From the NCBI RefSeq assembly GCF_001186125.1, contig NW_014040542.1, positions 1 to 37,500 on the forward strand: a stretch of DNA of 37,500 nt, in the 5' to 3' direction. Source of the DNA: Sphaeroforma arctica JP610. Taxonomy: Eukaryota. Positions 1 to 37,500 of this stretch are shown here, piece by piece. Position numbers and translations under genes: made by a program. Numbering within the stretch: the stretch's first letter is position 1; the number at the start of each line of letters is the position of its first letter. Under the pieces are notes generated by a model. It had not been told where the DNA came from. It did no database searches and saw nothing but the letters and a program-made list of their open reading frames with translations.

Positions 1-205
1 CAAATATATACATATACATATATTAACCGTTCGCTATCTTCTGATTTCTGACAAATTGTATATGTACAAATGATTGTGTGTTTTGTATCTACGCGAGTCG
101 TTTGTTTTCTCGTTCATGATCCGCTTGAAAATAAATGGACACCTATAATCTATTTAAGCGGCAAGGTTGTAGACTGACGCTGTTGTGTTTATCTTCCTCC
201 TACAG

Positions 206-334
206 GCTCGTATAGTGCTATCTTTGTTGCTGCAGCGATTCAAATTCTCCACCGCTGATGACCAGTGCGGGATACTGCACCCAACAATAGTACCTGTCAT
301 CCCGAAGAGCGGCATGAATGTATATGTAAACTAA
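206..334 (+). CDS. Terminal coding exon of a probable cytochrome P450 (rest of the gene upstream of the window)
   Basis: Branch-like ACTGAC (~173-178), pyrimidine tract and TACAG acceptor ending at 205. Frame 0 reads [42 protein letters not shown] (TAA 332-334). This matches the pattern of the P450 L-helix that follows the heme-Cys motif (E-a-k/r-x-x-L-a-x-LLQRF-x-F) and the C-terminal 'P-K-x-G-M' strand. The heme motif is not in the window, so the family call rests on 42 aa. Confidence 0.75.
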   Translation, partial: ARIVLSLLLQRFKFSTADDQCGILHPTIVPVIPKSGMNVYVN

Positions 335-347
335 TTTAATAGCAGCA

Positions 348-613
<266 letters not shown>

Positions 614-1617
614 GTAGCAACATAACGTCGGTATAGTCTTATGTAGGAAATATAACTTGACTGCATAAGTAGATCGATATGCGTAATATAATTATTAGTA
701 GCGCTGAGGGAAGGGTTAGTTGCGATGCGTTCCATTTGAAGAGTTGATGTTTTAGATGTAGTACATATAAAATTAAAGCGATTCAAATCGATCTCAGCAT
801 CCGATCACATATACTCATCGACGAATGATCCAAACGTTTTCCATGTGTGCAGGCATTTATACTTTCATAGTATGTTATCGGTAGTGTTGATGTAAGTAGT
901 GATAATTAAAGCATTTGGACGCTTGGACGCGCGCATATCGTATATTATTAGTGCATTGAAGTTCGCAAAGCTTGTCTTAAGTATCGTCATCAAATCGTAG
1001 TATGTATGTAGCTAGAAAGTACGTTTGAGAAATCCCCCCTACCCCTTATTCTAGTCCCATGTTAAACGACAGAGCTGCATCAATTATCGAGCTTACAAAC
1101 CACAAAACAAGAGAATAGCATTGTTAGCAATAAATCATTCGTTTTGGTCGCGCGAGAGCTTTGTTTCGAACAGCATGGAACGATTCGCAAGAATAGATTG
1201 TGATTCATTCCAATAAGTTTGACTTCGTAGCCTGATAGACGGAGCGTCGACTACGTGAATATAACTCTGTATGCTATTTTTTCGACTAATTGTCTTTATC
1301 TCTGCACAGTTATAATCATATTTGTGTGCCAATTTCTAATGTACAGCTAAAAGCAAGTGCGGAGCAGGTTACAAAAGTCATCAGCGTTTGACGTCAGCCG
1401 CTGTCGAAGCATTCGTATACAATACACTATCGGGAGCAAAACAGTTCCTGAATTGCTTCCATGGCGGGGACATTCCGGCATCTCTCGAGGGAGACTAGCG
1501 CACTCGCACTGAATTATATACTAACTCGTTTAAACAAGAATTTCTTGCAGTTCTCTAGAGAGCTTGATGGTGGGTGCAGGATGGTTACCGGCGCCTTTGG
1601 AAGACAATCATTGCCCC

Positions 1618-6286
<4,669 letters not shown>

Positions 6287-7124
6287 TTTGAAATAGTATG
6301 TGACTTCGACGAACAATTTAATTTTTCTGGTCACTGTTTATATTGTAAGTGGTCTTTATACGAGGTTACGAATGTGAGTTTGACACTATAGCTCCGCAGT
6401 CATGTATAAGAATGTGAGAACGATAGGTATGTATGTTAGCTACTAGAGAGCTGTTAGAACTGTCGGCACAGTGTATATAACCTCTCGGTATAGTCGGTAA
6501 CACATGTGGTAAAGATAATCTAAGATGAGATGATGAGAATTCCGGCGGCTTCGATAAAGCTGCTGCACATTCTATATCATTACTATTCATTCATTCCTGA
6601 CCCTTTTTTGGAAATGTAAAAGGAGATTATAGATTCTTGGGTTTTCTCTAGGAGTGTATTATTTTAAAAAATGATTAAAAAAAAAGTTCATTGTGTCATT
6701 GTCTGCTTCCGACTACATATTTATTTTACGTCAATCGCTCTTGTGTTAGTAGCGCATTCTTTTTGACCAATGAAAATTCTTGTATATTATCTAGAGTAGC
6801 GCGAGCAGCGAGGCCGTGAATCATCACTCATCAGGTCCTTTTCGGTTTCCAACTTTCCTTTTAGCGGTTTCAGGCTGACAGCGTCAGCCGTCAGGCTGTC
6901 CTTGTTTTTAAAAAATAATATTAATACCTAAAATAGCCTGTCACTCTGTCACTCTGTCAGGCGTCACTCGTCAGGCGTCAGCCGTCAGCTTCCACACAAA
7001 CTTAGTCTCTACTCTATAGTACTATTAGTATCTATTTACTCTCTATTCTCTAGAGAAAGAGTAGTCTAAGAGTTGTCCCAAAGAGTGTCCCTACTCCCAA
7101 CCAGCTATTTAGTCCCTGTCCCCT

Positions 7125-7766
7125 GACTAACCTCATAAAGTTAAGTTATTTTGTAATATTGATATATAAGTTGAACGTTTTTCTTTTACTTTTTCGTCTG
7201 AAAACAACGTTTTACTGTTTCAATTTGGACCTCAATTATTTCGATTTGCTGCCCACGATAGTGCACCTATTCTCACACTTTTGGCCACGAAATGTAAAAC
7301 TAACCAATGAAAAACAACTAGAAAGTGATATGTAGCCTTTGCATATTTTTTCTCTGACAAACTTGTGAATTTGTCACACTAGTCTTTTCCACTAATAGTC
7401 ACTAATAACACACATAAAAGTCAAACTAATCGTGCTGGTAGACTGTGTAGCCTGTTGCCTGTAGGCTGTAAATCCTAGATATCTCTATCAATTATATATA
7501 CCTTAACTTCTAGAATATGAACAACGTCAATATCAAGGGACAGTGTAGCGGGCTAATATACTTGACAACGCTCAACTAACGATCAAGTCTCCAGAACCGA
7601 TGGTAGGGCGGGCAATAGTTAGGTAAGGTGGTTAGGACAAAACTCTGACCTGGACAATGCTCTTATGGGTAGCTTTAGGACTACGAATGTAAAGGAAATA
7701 CTTTATCTCTTTACTTTTACTTTTTCATTTGAAAACGTTGCAATGTAATACGTGATGAGGTTAGTC
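7125..7766. mobile_element. Possible non-autonomous DNA transposon (MITE-like) remnant
   Basis: Perfect 12-bp inverted termini GACTAACCTCAT (7125-7136) / ATGAGGTTAGTC (7755-7766). Internal direct repeat CTTTTACTTTTTCxTxTGAAAAC at ~7183 and ~7714. No clear TSD and no coding capacity. Confidence 0.35.
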
Positions 7767-8069
7767 TCCTGACTCTCTGCAGGAGTGCAGGGCCAGGCCG
7801 CCAGGGTGCCAGGCTGCAGCACTATAGTACATACTCTGCTACTGTCCAGTGGCCACTGGCCACAGGCCCACAGCCCACAGGGTACAGGCCTACAGGGTCG
7901 GGACTCGGGAGTCCAAGGTTTACTTTCCACCTAATTATCAGTATGTTTTGTTTTTTCACCAAAAAACAAAACAAAGAGTTGGTGTATTCGGTTTCAGGAC
8001 CATATATCGATGTTTATTAGGAATGCCTTCTATTTCTCCAATTTTATAGGCTAATAAGGAAAATCTACA

Positions 8070-8206
8070 CCTGTTGGTGGCTCAGCCGGCACTCCCGACA
8101 GCCGCCCACCGAAGCCAGGGGTTCAACAGTCCCGCAACGCCGTACTTATTCCTATCGGCAAACGGGGTTGTAAGGACCAAACAAAAACAAAAACAAAAAC
8201 AAACAA
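8070..8206 (+). mobile_element. Putative tRNA-derived SINE
   Basis: Pol III A-box match TGGCTCAGCCGG (8078-8089), degenerate B-box GGTTCAACAGTCCC (8120-8133) at tRNA-like spacing, a short unique body, then a (CAAAAA)n tail at 8178-8206. GC-rich island in AT-rich DNA. No convincing TSD. Confidence 0.45.
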
Positions 8207-9349
8207 GCTACTGCTACATATGTAAATATACGGTAAATACGACTTGAGGAGGGTACAGAACGTAGTACAGTGAAGCTACAACCGACTGTCTTACAGCTTC
8301 ACTGTCTTCACACGAGAGTTGTATTTATTTATATTTCTTTCCTCTAAAATAAAGCGTTCATCTATGTTTCAACAGTCAACAGTCTCGCGTCACACGAAAG
8401 TAGTTATCGATTTATAATTGGTAGTGGTCTTCAGCCCGCCAATTTCCAAAAAAACCCCCCCCAATTTGGTTTATCAAGACTGCGCACAGGGTTTAAATTA
8501 AAAGCAGGTTTTAGTCCACGTGTTTTACTGTACTAATGTATACCATATATATTGGCATATATAGTCAGCCCGAGACGTCAGTGTTTTTCTTAAAAAAATG
8601 ACATTTCTTACTATGCTCAGTAAATATTTAGTCACTCTTTCAGTCTTTCTACTGTACAAGGTCAGTAGACTCAGTGCATACTTACATATTTAGTCCACTC
8701 TAAACTCTAAGAGTCGTGAGTGAGTACACTGAATTCATTTATTTAAAAAAACAAAAAAACAACTGATTACATTTTGTATTTTCTGTATTTTTGTATTGTA
8801 TATATTTTGTAAAATAAAAAGACAAAAAAACAAACAACTCAAATTATTTAAAATCACGTAGAACACTTTTTGGCGGGCAAAATAACCCAAAGAATACTCT
8901 TTTTTTTTGATTTTTTTTGTTGTACTCAGAGTAATCAACATTCCTTTAATACATTTGGCGAATGGAAACCCTTATATAATATTTATCAATCTGAGTCACG
9001 GCCAGTGGCTTCCAGGATTGCTGCGGCGTTTTATAAAAACAATTTCCTATTTGATCCTATATTGTAGTCGCGTACACTTGCACGTGTGCAAAATCAAGTG
9101 AGGTCAGGTGAGTCCTAAAGGGCCACGGGCCCACGCTTCACGTCCCACGGCCCACGGCCGACATGGACATGCCGTCGCTGACTCTTGGGCCGAGTATTTA
9201 TTGTGGTTGTCATAGGACTGTTGTGATAGCGTCACTTATAAGTTATGAGTCGTCCGTCTCACGACCAGGCTCGTCAGTCTTTTAAAAGTCTTGACTCTTC
9301 GAGAGTCTGCCTCTGTCAGAGTGTCAGACATGAAGTCTCCAGGTTTTAC

Positions 9350-9442
9350 CAGAGGGAAAGGGTGCAACTGCGTTTCCGGTATACCAGTGTTTTTTTAATT
9401 TAGAAGGCTACATATGCAGAGGGAAAGGGTGCAGCTACGTTT
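9350..9442. repeat. Dispersed 26-bp direct repeat CAGAGGGAAAGGGTGCARCTRCGTTT (2 copies)
   Basis: Copies at 9350-9375 and 9417-9442 with two mismatches. Confidence 0.85.
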
Positions 9443-10927
9443 TCAAAAAAAAATTCTTCTCCACGGCGGCAATGCGGCATGGCCCCACGGCTACGGGGCG
9501 TGGACCACGACTCCACGAGTCTTGAAATCTCATCTCACTGACGTATTTAAACGTTGTATTGATGTTCGTGTGAAATCACTGTGTAAATTTTCATATAAAT
9601 AGGTGGTTAGGTGGTCGGCCCTTCTAAAGCACTGTCGCAATTCTAACAGTACATACAAGTGATTGTCTTCCGTATTCATCCGAGATGCTTTCTCCGTCAA
9701 TTTCCTCCTACTAGACCGTCATTCTCATGACAACCATTCTGTTACTATCATTTTTCTCACGTATTAAGCAGCAATTTTAACTGTAGGCTTCACCGATCTA
9801 ATATCCAGTAACTAGTATTTTACAAATAGTCGGGTGTCCACCAGTGCAAATACATGTGTAAGCTTCCGGACAAAGTGATACTTCCTATGATGAGGTTTCC
9901 AAATTTATGGACTGCTGTGTATGTTTGAAGTGGGCATATATTATATTTCCGATAGAATCATCAAACAATACAGAGTTCGTGACCTCGTGAAGGCGTGGTT
10001 CGATAATTTTGTTTCGTGAAAGTTTAGCTTCGATCAAAAAGTCGAACAGTATCTGTTATTTCTGCAGAAAATATTTACGGAAACAATTGTTGACAAGGGG
10101 CCACATAAATCTTAACCTCGATAAATAATGACATAATGTGGTCCATTTAGAGCTCCTCAAGTGTGTTACCCAGCCTCTTACAACACCCAAAATGTTCGTA
10201 TTGAACGCAGTCGGATGCGTTTGATGCCAAACACGTCAGGCTATCTCGTGACCATCATAGTTGGGAATTGACATGGTCGAGTCCTCATGTTCTACAATAA
10301 ACTGTATTTGAGCTGAAGCACGCAAACATTAAATTTATTGTGAACATTTTCATCCAGTCGTTATGTCTCACGCGCACGCAATCGACAACGTAAAGGTGAT
10401 CAGCATTGTTCAACTCATAATGTTCGAAGTTGTGCCCACGGTCAGCCGTGCTCCATCTTAGACAAACAATACTTCAAATCATTATCCTAACCCTTGTGGA
10501 GTCCCAGAAGAGTGTGCCTAGTACTGTGACTTAATTTGATTATTTACCCGGATGGCATCCACAAGATTATTACATTATATTTTGTTTATATTTGGCTCGT
10601 GTTTGGAGCTAAAACCTCCACTATTGGTCTCAAGTAAATATACTACAATTGAAGCTTATCAGAACTCGAAAATAGGTTTGAGCTTGAATTTCCAGAACTC
10701 GCCAGAGCCTATTTCTTTACAATCTCAACATACAGCACCTGGATCGACAATGATGCCTGAGTATTACAATAATTTGGCTGTAGTTTTGTAGAAGATGTTA
10801 CATTCCTGCGTGATGATGGAACATCAACTATGGATTGACGAGTGATAACAAAGTGCCTCTATGTTAAAGGATTCCATCTGCGTCGACATGCCTCTGCGAT
10901 GTCGTGTACTTGCGCCATTGCTCTCAT

Positions 10928-36677
<25,750 letters not shown>

Positions 36678-37330
36678 CTGCGTGGTCCAAGACAAAAGTA
36701 TCCTTTAGGGTCCGAACGGATGATAGAAGGAAGTCTTGGGATCGCTCAACAACCGCCCTTGTTACTGATGCATGCATAAATGTAATCGTACGGGTACTTC
36801 CATGGTACGGGTGGGGATGCTGTCAGCATACTAGCAGCAGTGGGTATGCATAGACCACACGTACACTGACAACACACAGATTCACTCACAATCGGGTTAG
36901 TTCGGCTAAAGTTAACAACTCGGATCAAGTTTGGACAGCAAACCCGTGAATATGCCACTATGTCGATGCGGTTACGCCTACAACCGGAACACACTTCACA
37001 TCGCATGCAGAGCAGCACACGTAGACGTTCTACTACCTGAGTTCATCTCAACTGAGTTGGAGTATCACAATGGTCACGATTTTTCTAACAAGCGCGAGTA
37101 CCACATTGGTTGAAAGCCTATCAACAAACATCAAAGGCTACAATGACCGCAATATGGTAGTCCACTCACGACCATGGCTACCCTCGACATAACTCTAATC
37201 ACAAACACCGCCGATTTGTGGTCAACAAAGAGCGAGCCACCAACCAGCCCACGACAGGACATCAAAACGCACATGCCATATCATGGAATACGGAACGCCA
37301 ATAAACAAGCAACACACAGGCAACATCCAA

Positions 37331-37500
37331 CTGTGACCGCCCCACACACGCATACCTGTGACCTCACACACGCACAACCTGTGACCCCACACACGCACAC
37401 CTGTGACCCCACACACGCACACCTGTAACCCCACACACGCACACATGTGACCCCACGCACACACACCTGTGACCCCACACACGCACACCTGTGACCCCAC
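37331..37500. repeat. 22-bp minisatellite (CTGTGACCCCACACACGCACAC)n, about 8 copies, running off the window edge; probably intronic in TRRAP
   Basis: Directly visible. Confidence 0.92.

Noticed and set aside
8070..8145. Functional tRNA gene
   Set aside because: No proper acceptor or anticodon stems, the T-loop is expanded, and a CAAAAA tail follows instead of a T-run terminator.
8865..8885. E2F-like TTTTGGCGGGCAAAA site and CCAAT boxes (~6767, ~7304)
   Set aside because: Short motifs inside repeat-like DNA with no TSS evidence.
10552..10791. 79-aa ORF with a hydrophobic N-terminus
   Set aside because: Short, AT-rich, no motif, and it lies antisense in the likely TRRAP 3' UTR/intergenic region.

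Overview
Eukaryotic, intron-rich draft-assembly DNA with (TA)n microsatellites and three N gaps. The TRRAP motifs suggest a non-metazoan opisthokont or a similar protist (inference). Three protein-coding genes can be built by hand from GT-AG splice sites with consistent intron phases. (1) The terminal exon of a probable cytochrome P450 on + (206-334), absent from the ORF track. (2) A complete 12-exon CPA2/NapA-like cation:H+ antiporter on - (6286->1618, about 638 aa) with a C-terminal ACT-like domain. (3) The 3' 26 exons of a very large TRRAP/Tra1 PIKK pseudokinase on - (~36677->10928, about 4,540 codons inside the window; the N-terminus lies beyond the right edge). TRRAP carries a ~850-aa Q/T/P-rich insertion after the FAT domain and ends in a final exon with only 7 coding nt. 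Tandem repeats in two TRRAP introns duplicate splice signals. The 6.6-9.6 kb intergenic region looks like decayed mobile DNA: a tRNA-SINE-like element, a TIR-bounded segment, hairpins and pervasive micro-duplications. There is no CRISPR array, rRNA or intact tRNA, and no new multi-gene system could be supported.
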